This document shows, piece after piece, positions 23,736 through 38,018 of a stretch of 64,000 nucleotides of DNA (position 1 is its first letter; every line of letters begins with the position of its first letter). This DNA comes from Amphiscolops sp. MND2022 (Eukaryota): assembly GCA_964187785.1 (NCBI GenBank), contig OZ076409.1, positions 86,120,001 through 86,184,000 on the forward strand, read 5' to 3'. A model generated the notes under the pieces. That model saw only the letters and a program-made list of their open reading frames with translations. It was not told where the DNA came from and did no database searches. Made by a program: the position numbers and the translations under genes.

Positions 23736-24710
23736 TGCTCAATATTGGAAACCAATATTCAACCGCAATTCGAAACAACTGCTGGGAAAACGGAAGGAGC
23801 TTTTCAGTTTCAGAAAGACCCGAGACAAAAAGCTCAACGCAACCTGATGCCTATTGTATTTTCGACCAAAGACTCAGAATCAAAATTTTCATTCAGCAAC
23901 CTATTTTTTACTCGGTGGATGTCAAAGGGAGGCGGTTTGGGTTTTGTTCCATTTTGAACATCAAAGGAGACTTTTGTTTTCATACATTCCGAGGGTCATT
24001 TTTTGCATGGCTTTTTGTCTTTCCAAGGTTCAATTTGACAATGGCAAAATTTGGCGATTTTGCATAACCAAAACATATTGTATAGGGCTCAAGTCGGCGT
24101 CCCAATTAAAGTTCAAAAAAGCAGTCTTATAAATATGCACATACGACAATAATAGGCATCACAGAGCCGGAACAAAAAGAAGTCACTTTAGTCATGAAAA
24201 CTCTGACTGAAAACATCAAATGAACACAATTCGCGTAAAAAATCGAAAAAAGTTGTAAAGCGTCGATAAAAAGCCAACTGAACAACAGTTGAAGAAAGCG
24301 CTCGCAAAAAATGTTTTCACCAAATGGTCGAGATTTCTTTTCTTGAAAATCCGATTATGTATGAAAATGCTCGAACATTTCAGATGTTTTTTGAATATTG
24401 CCAACAACTTTTACTAAGATATTCTACATTTCTCATGAAAGCTTCCCTGTACGAGTAGTTTCCTGTTGTTTTCGATTTTATCAAGCTGCTGGAAAGAATC
24501 ATCAAAAATTTGGCGGCAATTTTAAGCTGTGAAGTTTTGCAGGTTTCTTTGTGCATGAAGTTTTAATAAAACCAGCTGAGATCTTTTCAACCGCTATTTT
24601 AATTCAAAATAACTTCATCTACGTTATAAACTGCCTCATTAGCCTTCAGAGTGTTATTCGAGAAGCGGTGATTACACCAGATAAGTAGCAGAGCAATCAG
24701 AGTGTCAATA

Positions 24711-25466
24711 CAGTAGCGTTCTAAAATATCACAACCTCATAGCATAAAATGGCAAAATTCAGAACCAAATATCTCATAAACTGTCACGAATACAAAATGT
24801 TGCCAGCTAGGAAAGTTTCTTAAAATTTTATCTAGTTTACAAAAATGTTTGTTTGAAATTTCTACAACCGTTACCAAAAAAGTTGGAAATTGCAAATTTT
24901 AGTAAATTTTAATTGAAATTTGTTTTTTTTCGAAAATTGAGTAATTTAGAATAATTTTTTTGGATTTTTTTTTCATTGGGAAACTTCCTATAATCTCCCG
25001 AACCTACTGAATTGTTTTGATCGAGAATTTTTTTCGAATCAGAAAAAATACACTATATTTTGTGTCTATGAGCACTGAAGTACATGTATCAAGATAGGCT
25101 ACAAGAATTGTATTTAGAAAATTGATGATTTTCATTTGAAATCGAAAAAGTTTTCCGATCAAATTATATCAGCATCCTCAGGAGATTTGGGGGCAAATGA
25201 TTGACTGAAAATTTTTCAAAAATACACTTTCAACTTTGTGAAAATCCAGAAAAAGTACAAAGTTGATTAAATTTTCTCAAAATTTGCAATTTCTAACTTT
25301 TTTGTCGCAGAAATTTCAAACAAACATTTTTGTAAACTACATAAAATTCGTAGCTCAGAAACTTTCCTAGCTGACACTTTTTCGTATTTGTGACAGTTTT
25401 CAAGAAATTTGGATTTGAAATCTGCAATTTTAAGCATTGGAGTTGCGATATTTTAGAACGATACTG
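24711..25466. mobile_element. Tc1/mariner-type MITE with long TIRs
   Basis: TA|CAGTAGCGTTCTAAAATATC...GATATTTTAGAACGATACTG|TA; imperfect inverted similarity extends about 200 bp; TA TSD. Confidence 0.85.
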
Positions 25467-28400
25467 TACAACGCAATTTTGTCGGTAACGACGTAGGAGG
25501 TATTTTCCGTTTTAATTTCAGTAGTGGCGACAGCAGTCTATTTCTTCAAAATCTAAGCCACCGGCAGCTCACTAATTTTTCCAGGTTTTCAAAAACAACA
25601 CAAAAAAGGCCAGTAAAGTTTCAGCAGCCTCCTCTAGGTTTTACAAAACGTGACAGCGATCATACCAATTTTCACATCAAACGGTACAGAATATCATACG
25701 ACATATATTGACAAAGTTTGCTGCTGTTCGGCTACGCAACTTATATTGAAGTAGTTTCACAACCATTTGAGCTAGGTTAACGGACTACAACTTTCTGAAT
25801 TACATTTGTAATTTTGATATTCAATGATGAAAAGATTTTAAAGATTGTTCTCAGAGTTAATACCTTTTGTCTATCGACGCTTTTCGAAGAAATGAAGCGA
25901 CTGTGGCAGTTGTTTTTTTAAAGACCAGCCAACTGACAGATTTCTATGAGCACCTCTATGCTTTTAACAGTGACTTAGTTACCTTAGTAAATTCTAACTG
26001 CCACTTGGCCCAGAAGTTAACTCAGACTTCTGAGATGATCCGAGACGATTTCTGAGAAACAGGAGTTCGTGTCTGAAAAGCAGTGGGTGAGTTCGTGTCT
26101 CACATTTTTGCGACTTTTTTATGCTTGTAAAAGTATAGGGAAGGTCAACGCCTCCCCTTTTGGTTTGTTTCGGACTTACGCATTTTTTTGGTATTTTATA
26201 AAACCGAAACCCCTACCATATTTTTAGCAGAAAGAAAACCTTTTGTGAGCATAGAGAGCTTCTTTAGATACTATGCGACTCAGCGACGATTTTAAAGTAA
26301 ACTGTAAAAAAGTCAAAAAAATTCTTTTCGGAAAGTTTCTAGCAATGTTTGAATTTTTAAGGTTTTCTAAAAAAAAGATTTGTTGTGAGTCGTGAGTGTG
26401 ACAAAGTTTTTCATCCCGTGGAACGGATGAAATTTAGCAATGGTTTTGGAAAAGACCTACGGTTTTTCGGCACCGTGCGACTTTTTTTCGATAAAAATTT
26501 CGGTTGATCAAAAGTACCCCAATTGGTTTATTTAGAGTAAACGTTTCACTAACTCATTGTTTCCCTAGCTTTTGGCATACTTGATCTTGTCACCGCCCTC
26601 GAGAATCCCATTTGACGTTTGATGACTTTTCAAAAATAGTCTTTATTCAAAACATGAAAATAGGCTTCTTTTCCACAAAATAAATATAAAAGCTAGATCC
26701 TCACCCTAGTTGAGACTGCAGTAACTTTTTACATGCTGCAGGCCTGCATGCAGGGTAATTTTTTATAAAACCTAGAAAATTCAGTGACATTTCAGGCGGT
26801 AAATCTTGTAGAATTACACTGCATTTTCCACTACTGCAATTAAATTTGAAAATAAATACAACATCATCACAGACACGACCACTTTGTATTTACACTTTGT
26901 TTTCTCAACAACTCATCTGATGTGATCACCGCTTTTCAAATAGGACGCTAAACATGACACTACTTTGCAGTTTATTACGTGACTGAAGTTATTTTGCATT
27001 AAAATGGCTGTTGAACTGAGAGCGATTTATTTGCTTTTAAAATTAGAACAACTTCTTTAAGAAACCTGCAAAACTTCAAGGACTAAAATTGCCGCCAAAA
27101 CTTTGATGAATCTTTCAAGCAGCTTGATAAAAGTCGAATACAACAGGTAAATATTTTCTCATTAAAGTTTCCGTAAGAGTTTTAGAAAACCATAATAAAA
27201 GTTGCTGGCAACATTAAAGTACATGCAAAAAGTTCAAGAAGTTTCAACAAGGGCATCTGTATCCAGTTAACTGTCTCTGTTAGTTGGAATTGATCGATTC
27301 ATTTCAGCCAGGGGGATTTAGGGGAGTTTTTGAGTACGGAATTCTACAGATTGTGTAAAAGATTCTAAAACGAAGAAGGGTGACAAAGCTCAATTCTGCA
27401 CAAAGCACAATTTTGCACTATATCTTGTTTCCTGAATTTCATACATGTTAAATTCCATGCTCAATGCTAAATTCATACATGAAATTCAATTTTTTAAATA
27501 CTTTTTTTCTGAAGGTTGCAATTTTTTCTGAAAATTGTTTTTGCTCTGCTCCGAGATATTAAAGTATAAATGGACCGAAGACTTGAGCGCAGACTTGTAC
27601 TTGTATTTGACGTAGTTCGTGTTGTAAAATTGCTAGTTTAGCAAAATAGATTTTTTCAAAATCAGTTGGTTTAATTTTTAAAACAAATTCTGAAACGAAG
27701 CATGTTTCGAGTCCAATCCTATTCCTAGCAGCTGTCGAGATCAAGTAGTTTGGCTGTCTGAACGAATGCGAGCTGATATCTTCCAACGGACGGTTCTTGT
27801 CAAAAACCGGTGACGTCAAAGTCCATTGACGTCAAAAACCAAGGCTTCGTTGAATGATTGTTTTAAGAATTTCGAAATATGAGCCGAGAGAAAACAACGA
27901 AATTGTCGAAAACCGGTAACTTGTTGAATGAATTTCACAATTCATAACAATAAATAAGTGGAAGCTGTCCCGCTGTTAAATTCATGTATCTCTTGATGTT
28001 CATTTTTCCGTTGTTTTGATTCAATCAATAAACACAAGCACCTTAAGCATTCCCCTTTTGTATTGGCAAGAACACTCGTAATCGAAGACTTTCTCGAAGG
28101 TAAGCATTCTCTTCTGACAGCCACAATTTTTGACAAGTCATTTGAAACGTAGCGAAAATCAATTAGAGTTCCAATTCACTGCCGTTTATGGATTTCACTA
28201 ACATTGAACGTCACATGAGGTGGATCTGTGTAAATCCTGTCTTTTGAGCTCTATGAGAAAGAACAGTACCTCTCAGTTTGCTAATTCATTGTTAGACTTT
28301 TTGGCACATGAGATCAAATAGATCAGAAGGCAGGACATTTTTCAAAGTCCATTTACAATTTTCAATGGTTCTGTAGTTGGAACGACGACGATACGGAAGC

Positions 28401-31338
28401 TAGTTTTGGAAACGCATGGAATGTATGGATGTAAGGAACCCATATATGGAATCGTACGGAATTCTGTTGATCATATAGTTTCATGTGTGGAATTGGATGT
28501 AAGCCTAATGAATTCGGTTCCGGGATACTTTTTTCCATTGCCATCAAATCACTACCAGAAACTTTGTTAAATCGAACTTTAGCCACTCGATTAAATTATG
28601 TGCTTAATTTTTAACTTTAGTACATAATGGAACCAGAATGGTTCTATTCGATTCCATGTATGAAAACGGCATGAAACCTTAATGGTTCCACGCATGGATT
28701 TGCATTCAATCGCATGTTGTGATGAATTCGGATATGGAGAATTACTTAAGGGATTGCCCAATTGTGCCGGGAGTGTCGTTTTTGACCAAATATTGGCGTT
28801 TTTGGCACAACACCGGAAAATGAGCTGGATTGTTTGAGACTTAACTCGAAAAATGCCAACTTCGGAAAAATGGTTAATTTTTGACTTCTGATTTTCAGAA
28901 AGAGCAAAAAAAATTACTTATGCTGATGAACAACACTCTCAATTGAAATGTCTTTCATAACATCGTTGAAGAGTCAGGAAATTGTGTGTAAATATTACTT
29001 TTTAGATTATTTTGCGTCAACATGGTTCGTTATAATTATAATTTGTATTGAAATTGGTTTCAATCAGTACATTTTAAAGAAATTCAATGCCGAAAGTTTC
29101 GAACTAACGCCGAAAAGGTTTCCGATTAAAAATTCACATTGATTCGGAAAGAAATTTTTCAGCGCTTCCAAACTGCATAGACACAGAGCATCAAACATAA
29201 ATAAATTTCTCGTTCAAAGAATGCTTTTTCATTTTTTTAAAAAAAACTTCAAACGCAGCAAAAAATTGCTCACACAATCGTATAGAAATTTTACCACAAA
29301 AATATTTTTAGATTTAGAAATCAATCGAGGAACTTCTTAAAGCAAGAGATCAGTTATCAGTGAATAATCAAATATTGTGTTTGTACGTCCAAGTAAAAAG
29401 TTCAAATTCATCATCATACTGCTAATTTAAGATGTGGTGACTTTATTCTTTGCTAAAACGTGAATTAAAGCTTGTCATGGCTCCGTTTCCACTCGGTTAA
29501 GGGAACGTTAGACGGTTTAAGGAGAGAAAGATTAACATTGTTTTAAGAAGTGCGAACAACAGTTAATGGAAAGTGAAACACTGAAGCGGAAGTGTTGAAA
29601 TAAACGTGAAGTAATAGCTGTTGAATAACAACCTGACTTTCTTGTTCCTAAAAAGGAAACATTATACTTAAAAAGGAAATGACTGACTGATTGGCTGATG
29701 ATGAGCTGTCAAATTTCAATTATAAGCTTCCGTTCAATTAAAAATTTATTATGGAGCTTGTCACTTCAGATTTTAGATACAGTATTCATTACTGTAATTG
29801 AACAACCATACTGATTAGAAAGCATGAAACAAAAAATTTTATCACACCAAGTATCATAAAAATGAAAATAAAACAAAAAAGCAAGCTTATTCCTGCTATT
29901 TGGAAGATGCAACAAAATGAACCCCTTTCACTAGATATTAATATCATGTTTATATCTCACATTCTGAAATGTCAGTAGTTTCTTCACGAAGAGTTTCTTC
30001 CCTGGAAATTCCGAAAATTTAATAGTCAATTTAAGCATCGTTTCTTAGCATGACTAAGATTTGGTATTGAAGATAACATAAATCAAAACCCAGAATGTCA
30101 AAAAGTCCCAAATCAAAATGACAGACGCTACTATATTGCTATATTGTGATAAGAATCGGATTCCTTTCTCTTTTGCAATGTATAAAATGTATCATCTTGA
30201 CATTGAGCTCAAGTAACAGCTGACGATTTTTTTCAATCTTTATTTTCATTGTCATGAAAAGTCTAAAAATATGGTCCATACAGTCATCGATTGCTAATAT
30301 AAGTTCTATCTTTATTCCGTTTAAGCTCCACGACCTATCTATCGCTCGTAACTACCCACCTCCGATACAACATAAAATTCCGTAAATGGAACCATACGGT
30401 TCCATACGATAATTCCATGCAGTTTCATCACCATATATTTGTATGTATGCAAACATATAAAAATCGTGAATGCCATGTCCTTATACCATGCATGCATAGT
30501 CTCGTGCCATGCATGGTTTCATGATTAGAATCGCCTGGAACCGGGTTGATGATATGATTCCATGTATGGAAACTTCATTAATTCGGATCCGGGTAGAAAA
30601 ATACGAAAACATCCGATAACGACAACTTTTTAAGGCGGAAAATACTGACTTCGGGTGGAGAACACGGGACGAAAGGTTCGAAAGCGTTTTCATGAAACAT
30701 CAAAACCGTTTGATGCCAGATTGCAAATTAATCATACTGTATAACTTATGAAGCATAGCAAGTGATCACATGGAGCTTACGTAATCAAACCGGGAACCGC
30801 CCAAGCAGGTGCCCAGCTCAACGCTCAAAAAGTCATGCAAATTTGTTGGGCCGCGTAGTGCTAAAAATGAAAGCGAGGGACTCTTCGGGCCCTTTTCGCT
30901 TTCACGTGTTTTCAAGAAAGGAAAGTATTCAAAGGGGAATCCTTTTCGGGAAAAATTGAAAGAAAAAATGTCGCATTGTTGATGGAAATCCAAACGGAGT
31001 TTGTTGAAGATTCAAGTTTTTTTGACAGGAAAAGTAGAAAAAGTTTTATAGGGAAATGCAAAGCGTCAGAGCAAACTTTCCAATGATTTCGTGAAATTTG
31101 CATACTTCAATCAAAGATCAGCATGACGCAAGGGCGACAAGCCAAAAAGTTTTTCATCATCAGTTAAAAAAGTATAACTCAGACGAAAAATTTCGATTCG
31201 CAACCAAGATCTCGAACTTTTTCGTTCATTTGCCCCAATGAGATGACACGTTTTTCATTTGAACAACGTGGGTCATGATATTTGAAGCTCTTAGCAGGAC
31301 CTGGAGGAAAAGCAAATAAAGAGGCAAAGATGACTTAC

Positions 31339-31572
31339 ATCTGAGTCGCCCTGGCAGAGTTTGCCGCAGGCAGCACAGGAGAGGTTCTCCTTGACGAAGA
31401 GCTCTATCTTCTCGTTGAACGCCATGAAGGTGCAGTAGGCGATGTACCAGCTGAAGAGAATGAACGGCTCCCAGATCTCGATGGCAGAGTTGAGGAAACT
31501 CACGATGATCATGGCCAGCCCCACCGAGTAGAAGAAGGTGTCTCGGCACAGCGGCCACCACGTGAGACTCAG
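31339..31572 (-). CDS. SLC24A: SLC24/NCKX exon, TM segments after the alpha-1 repeat
   Basis: gttctag|CTG...GAT|gtaagt; 234 nt; LSLTWWPLCRDTFFYSVGLAMIIVSFLNSAIEIWEPFILFSWYIAYCTFMAFNEKIE (NCKX LTWWPLFRD motif); phase 0/0. Confidence 0.93.
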
Positions 31573-31670
31573 CTAGAACATAACAAACTGACTTGCCTCA
31601 CCATAGTCGAATTATTCAGAATCGAAATATTTACAATCGCATTCTACAGAATCGAAAATAATCTCACTTA

Positions 31671-32716
31671 TCCCGTACTGACAACCCAGGGAAATCCATC
31701 GGTGGCCATCGGTGAGGGAAAATTAGCTTACGTGGAGGCTTTCCTACCGGTGACCACCGGTGTTCGGCTGATGGACCATCGGTGGAAAATTCGAAAATTT
31801 CGAAAATGAAAATTTCGTTCAAAATTTCTAGCAACTGAAAAGATTCACTACACGAAATACCTTTAAACGTTATTCGCACCCCTTACGCATCAAAGCCAAA
31901 AAATGGGAAAATTATCAGGACCGGTTCTGAAGTATCTGTAAGCACTGTTTGCAGTTTCAGATCGTGTCCGAAAAACATTTTCCAATGGTTACCCAGTGAG
32001 TTTAGTTCTTATTCAAATTATTATTTGAGTGATTTCAGATCTAATTCCTGTAATTTTTCCGGTATTTTAGGTCTTATTCCAATGGTTTTTCGGTTATTTT
32101 AGATCTTAATCCGGTGTCTTTCCAAAGATTTTAGATCTTTTTCCGGTGTTTTTTGGTGGTCTTAGACCTTATTCCGGTGTTTTTCATGGGTTTTAGATCT
32201 TATTCTAGTGTTTTTTTCTAGTCAATTTTTAATTTGTTTGTGGATGGGGTTTTTATTGCACCTGCTCGTTAGAAGCCCTGCTAGTGTCGACTGTTTTTCA
32301 GTTGGCCAGCCAAGACTTTAAAAACAGATTTTGCGAGGTTCGATTTGATTTTCTGATTGATCTAGGTAATTATCCAACAGTGTTTTCTATTGAATTAGTT
32401 TTCACTGCGTTCTGTAGGACTTTAATAATGATCTTACTCGTTACCACTTTCCAAAATTTATCGAGAAAGATCACTGCATGCATGCCTGAGCTTGTAATAT
32501 TTTCCAGCAGTTTCAACTAGGGTAACCAACCTTTGGGGACCTTTCATCGACGGTCCTCCGATGGCCCACCGATGGTCCATCGGTGGCCCACCGATCCCCA
32601 CCGATATCCCATCGGTGGCCACCATTGGCCACCGCAAAAACTGTCGTGGCCACCAATGGAACTGTGGTGGAAGATTGGTGCCCAAAGATGGATTTCCCTG
32701 GGTTGTCAACTAGGGA
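31671..32716. mobile_element. MITE with TCCC...GGGA termini flanked by TA
   Basis: TCCCGTACTGACAACCCAGGGAAATCCATC vs GATGGATTTCCCTGGGTTGTCAACTAGGGA; CCACCGATGG-type subrepeats; a related left end occurs at about 12409-12590. Confidence 0.8.
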
Positions 32717-32940
32717 TATTATCAGAAACTAGAACTAGTTGTTTGACTGGGAGTTTCTCCTTCCCGGATACTTTGCGCCCTTCCAGGTCGGCTTTCGTCA
32801 AAACTTGCCGCTAGTACAGTAGTGACAAGTCGCTCCTGGATTTTAGAAGCTAGAGGTATAGTATAATGGTAATGAAATAGTCACATCTTTTGATGCTAGA
32901 TAAAATCAAGTCACAATTCGATGCTAGATATTTCCATCTA

Positions 32941-33113
32941 TCTCAAATTTCCACATATGAAAACATTTTTGCATTGCATGACAATTGACTTCTGGTGAAC
33001 CTTAAGTTGGCATTTTCCAAGTTTACAACTCTGCACAACAATGCCAACTTAAGGTTCACCAGAAGTCAACTGTCATGCAATGCAAAAATGTTTTCATATA
33101 TGGAAATTTGAGA
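32941..33113. repeat. Long inverted repeat, 74-bp arms with 25-nt spacer
   Basis: 32941-33014 and 33040-33113 are reverse complements with 2 mismatches. Confidence 0.93.
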
Positions 33114-33339
33114 AAGCAAAACCCATTTTATGATCACATCATCACATCCATAATTTTCATATAATCATTGTATGACTCATGCTTCGGGCACATTCTCCAA
33201 TTTTCACGGAAAATATTTTATGCCTTTTTCAAAGTATTGTATTGACGCTAAAATTCCAAAGTAATTTTTCCAAAGTCAAGCCAGCAGAATCATAAGTGAT
33301 GTTTTTTGTTATAATCAGCCGCTTTCGCTGTAGTGCATG

Positions 33340-34377
33340 AACAAGACGGGAACGTCTAAAGTCGGCGCTATATCTAAAGCTCAAAAAGCGCAAAACATTT
33401 TTTTCTGAAAAAAAACTTGAAATTTTTGATTTTTTTTTCTTTCGGAAAATGTCACATAGTGCCAAAAAATGTAAAAGGGGGACCCTTTGGGCTTTATTAA
33501 CATATATTCTGTTGCAAAATATCAAAAAACTCGAAAGGGGGACTCTTTTGAGACGTTAAAAAAATTTTCGAAAAAAAGTCGCACAATGCCAAAAACAAAT
33601 CGAAAGGGGGGACCCTTTAGTCTCGCCCGGTTTTGTAGGTTACGTTTAAAAAAGTAAAAAATGAATGGGGGACCCATTTGCCGTATTTTCCGCTGACCGG
33701 ACTTGGCCTTATGGCTTTAGTAGTTTTAGTAGTTTGTTTTGTAAGAAAAGTGGACCAATCAGAGTGAGATTGTAGTCTGACGAAAAAAAAAGAAAAACAA
33801 GACGGGAACGTCCCAAGTCGGCGCCATATCTTAGGCTCAAAAATATTCAAGGAACAACTATTGGAAAAATTTGGAAAAAATTTTTTTTTCAAAAAAAAAT
33901 TTTGATTTTTTTTTCGAAAAAAAGTATTTTTTAGGTCGCACAATGCCGAAAAACTCAAAAAGAGGCATTCAGGCTCATTCAACGTTTTCTACAAACCGAA
34001 AACTTCAAAAAAATTCAAGGGGGTACCCTTTGATAAATTTCGAAAATTTTCGAAAAAAGTCGCATAGTGCCGAAAAAAAACCCAAAGGGGGGACCCTTTG
34101 GTCTCACATGTACTTTTGGAAGCATTAAAAAATTTATGGTTTAGTGCGAGAATCGAACCCACGCTCTCCGGCTGGGTCGAAGATGGAAGATGAACAAATA
34201 TGAAAGATGAACAAAAATTGTAAGAAAAGTGGACCACTCAGAGTGAGATTGTCAACTGAAAAAAAAAAACTACTCACTGTAAGAGTCGGGCTTTTTTCCT
34301 TAAGGGAAAAGGCGCCGACTAAAAATTAGCCACTGTAATAGTCGGGCTTTTTTCACTAGAAAAGCGCCGACTAAAAA
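33340..34377 (+). mobile_element. Helentron/DINE-like element with a second family member nested at 33796-34325
   Basis: Two AACAAGACGGGAACGTC..AGTCGGCGC starts and two AGTCGGGC..GCGCCGACTAAAAA hairpin ends; subterminal inverted repeat GTCGGCGC/GCGCCGAC. Confidence 0.7.
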
Positions 34378-36189
34378 TAACGGAGTGAGATAACGTCAGC
34401 ATATTTAATTTCCAAACGAAATTTTGTTATAGAAAGTATATATGTGAAACTTTGAAATTTCGTGCATGCAAAATTTGCTGCCTTTAGCGTTTTAGTGTCC
34501 AAGTGAATATGGATATGTGTTTATGGAACATGTGGATTGGAATGCTGGATTTTGAAACTCACAGAGGACTGAGTGTACAATAACACAAATAATGTTTTCT
34601 TGTCACATTTTTCAAACTAGAAAATTTCCAAAAGAGGTCAGTTTTGATTGTTTATATTTAATGTTGTTGTTTTTTCATCTTTCATGTTTCTTGGTAGAAA
34701 AGTTTCTTTCATTTCCTAATTTAGGAAGTAAACAGTTTCGAAAAAGGTTGAACATTGCATCCACTCTTTGTATACATTATAAATATTGTATTAACACATT
34801 TTATAAGGGTCTGAAAATTTGTAGGAAAAAGAATAACAAAAAAGTGCAAAATAAAAAATATTAGCTATCACACGTCAAATCAAAATACAAGGCAGCTTTA
34901 TTTCAGGTATAAACATCCCATTGCTACTCCTAAAATTCATATTGGCAGTATTAATTCAATTTAAATTTGCAGATCTTGAGTATAAAACTCGTCTTGACGT
35001 AATTACGAGCCATGGAAACAGTAAATCGAAGCATCAAAACTGCTGAATGAGATACGCTACAGGAAGCTAAAAATGACAAGTTGTCGATCATCGATGGCAT
35101 CAGCTGGCGTTCCAATTTTCCCAGCAGAAATATTTTGTTCAATGCAACTTATTCAAGCGGGAAGTAGACTGAAAACAATTTTGGTAAGTCGACATATTTC
35201 CACAATACGCCGGCGAAAAAAGCAGAGGACAAATACCAAAAATTATTTTTATGATTCGAAGAAAAACCAAAGCCTTGATCTAGTTTGAAGTATTCGTAAG
35301 CAAACGCCAAGCACAAAGAACACTATGACGTCAGTACCGAACAATTGTTACTTTTGGCTGTGACGTAACCCAACCATTGTAAGATAAAACACAGAATGCG
35401 CATAGTAAAGGAATTTTGTTTTGTTGAATTGGTTTGTGAAGGTTTTGAACACTTGAAAAAGGAGTTACAATTGAAAGATTCACCTGAACAGTAATCAAAA
35501 AGAAGAGTCTATAACTCGATTGTAAGAAGCTAGGACTTGCTCATCAAGTAAAATATTTCTTCATAAAAATTCGAAATTGTAAGTATTGCCTCCACTCAAT
35601 ATGAAGAATTTAGCAGGAATTTACGCATTGCTTAGCAGTCGAAGCTTTAGATTACCTTCAGCTAATATATATAACAGCTTGCTATATGATAAATACTACG
35701 TCAGTCGTCACTTTTTAGGTTGCCCGGCTTTCCCGACAAGGTTGATCATACTTTGATCATCTATGATACCATACAAATCATACAATTTTTTTCTATGATC
35801 TTACCATGATGAATCTGGAATCATATATGGTCCAGTCTGTAACCATAAATGGTCCAGACTATGATCAAACTGAAATCATAAAACTTTGTTGCCCACGCGG
35901 GCGGGTTGCCCTGACATGCAATTTAGAAAAACCATCTGATATTGAGAACCGCTAGATTCATAGGCTGAATGCTTAATCAGCAATGGAGCCACGTTCAATC
36001 TTTTCTATCTCTGAACGATACAGATACAATGCAGGTATCAACTCGGTGAAAAACTTCTAGCGGAGTTAGCGAAAAATTATATCCGCACAAATTGTTCTGT
36101 CACTCCTGAGTTAATCAGTGACACTTTTGTTACAACGTTACAACAGAATTCACTTTTTGGTGTGATTTCAGATTCTTTGAAAAATATTA

Positions 36190-38018
36190 CCGTATTTATT
36201 CGAATAAAAGACGCCCTCGAATGAAAAACGCCCTCGAAAAAAAGACGCACCTATCGGAAAAAAAAATACCAATGAAAGACGCCCTCGAATGAAAGACGCG
36301 TCTTTTATTCGAGGAAGTCCTACTGAAATTATCAACAATTTTGAAACAAATTAATTGCACAAAGTATTGACACGATAGTGTCAACGCAAGGACAAATCAA
36401 AGGACCAGCTGGAAAGTTGAATTAGTGTTTCACCCTGACGATTCGACAATGAAAACATTTTCTTCATCTTCCCATTCAAGGTTCTCGGATTCACTATCTT
36501 CGTCGAGATCAATATCAGCTTCATTGTTTTCGTCGGGTACCAATTGAACATCATCGTTCGAAAAGTTTAGAAGGTCGTAAGCATCCTCTGCGGTAGCTCC
36601 GGGTTGAACACATGAAATCACATCACGGTCGTGTGTTGAAATACCACATGCTTAGAATAACTTTTTCACAACCGCTTTAGTAACTTTTTTGTAAGCTTCT
36701 GCAATCCAGACAATCTGTTGAAACAATGAGGGAGGCTTGATGTTCCCCCCTCTAGTATATTCAAACTCGCCTGCTCGGAACCATTCATCATACAACTCTC
36801 GAAAGAAACCCATAAAAGGTTTGTTTATTGAGACATCAAGCGGTTGCAGAATCTTCGTGCAACCGCCAGGAATAACCGCCATAATTGCATTCCGTTTTCG
36901 AACCACTTCTTTTATTCGATCCTTTATATGGGGGCGAAAGCTATCCCACACTAAAGGACGCTTTTCCCCAAAAGCCATATTTCCAAAGACTCGATCAACC
37001 CAGTCAGCTGTAAGGTCTTCATTCATTCATCCGTTATCTGAGCATGCAACTATAACATTTGGGATTGACTTAAGGTTGTTGTCCACCTTTTTGCGTGGGA
37101 TAATTACGTATGGTGGAAGCTTGGATCAATCTGCTTTAGCTGCAAGACAGACAGTGAGTCGGTTTTTCTCATGCCCTGTTGTTCGGATGGGCACCGTTGT
37201 GACTCCCTTCTGAGTGACCGTTGTTTCGCTTGGCATGTCAGCAGAAATAGGGATTTCGTCCATGTTGATGATGCACTTGATATTCAAATTCCATTTCTCT
37301 CGCTGTTTCTTGCAGAATGCCACAAAGTTTGCTACCTTCGAGACGACATCTCTGGGCAACCTCTGTCCTGTAGTTGTTTTTCGGCGAAGAACCAAGTTGA
37401 ACCGTTTCATAGAATTAGCGAGCCATCCACGACTAGCCCGAAAGTCTGGAACTCCTTCTGCTTGTGCAAGATCTTTAGTCCATTGCTGGATAAGTTTGCA
37501 TGGCACATGATGTTGCAGTTCTCGCTCCCTCATGATCCGTTCCATTATTTGATCTTCAATGTCATTGTATTGCGCTTTGCGCCCACCTCCAGGCAATTTC
37601 TTACTTGACTTGCTAGCCTTTTTCAGATCTTCTTTTTGACTCCTCCACTTCCGAATCATGCACTCCGAAACACCCAAAGCTCTCTCCGCTGCCCGATTTG
37701 ATGTCTTCTCTGCTTGTTCAATGACTTTTAGCTTGAACTGCGCATCATACGACTTCCTTGCAGAATTCATTTCGCAGCAATTACCGTAATCTGAAACGTA
37801 ATTCTCAAAAATGAAACTTAATTATATGTATTTACATTTTCTTAGAAATGTAATGTACATACGGTACATGTATTTCCACTGGCAAATTTCTGAGAAATAG
37901 TAGTTGCTCAAAATTTAAATAAAAGACGCCCTCGAATGAAAGACGCCCTCGAATAAAAGACGCAGGAAAGACCGTCAAAAAACAATGAAAGACGCGTCTT
38001 TTATTCGAATAAATACGG
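36190..38018 (-). mobile_element. pogo-superfamily DNA transposon (DD35D, POGK/Passer-like)
   Basis: Perfect 25-bp TIR CCGTATTTATTCGAATAAAAGACGC; TA TSD; subterminal AAGACGCCCTCGAA repeats. Confidence 0.95.
36430..37770 (-). pseudogene. pogo transposase, 446 codons, three in-frame stops
   Basis: Brinker-like HTH (RKSYDAQFKLKVI), CENP-B HTH (FRASRGWL), NMDE, VWDSF, QPLD with 35 residues between the last two Asp. The three listed ORFs share one frame. Confidence 0.9.

Noticed and set aside
29961..30001. 41-nt minus-strand segment with AG/GT boundaries as an SLC24 exon
   Set aside because: Phase 0 reading hits TGA, which is incompatible with the flanking exons unless another exon is missing.
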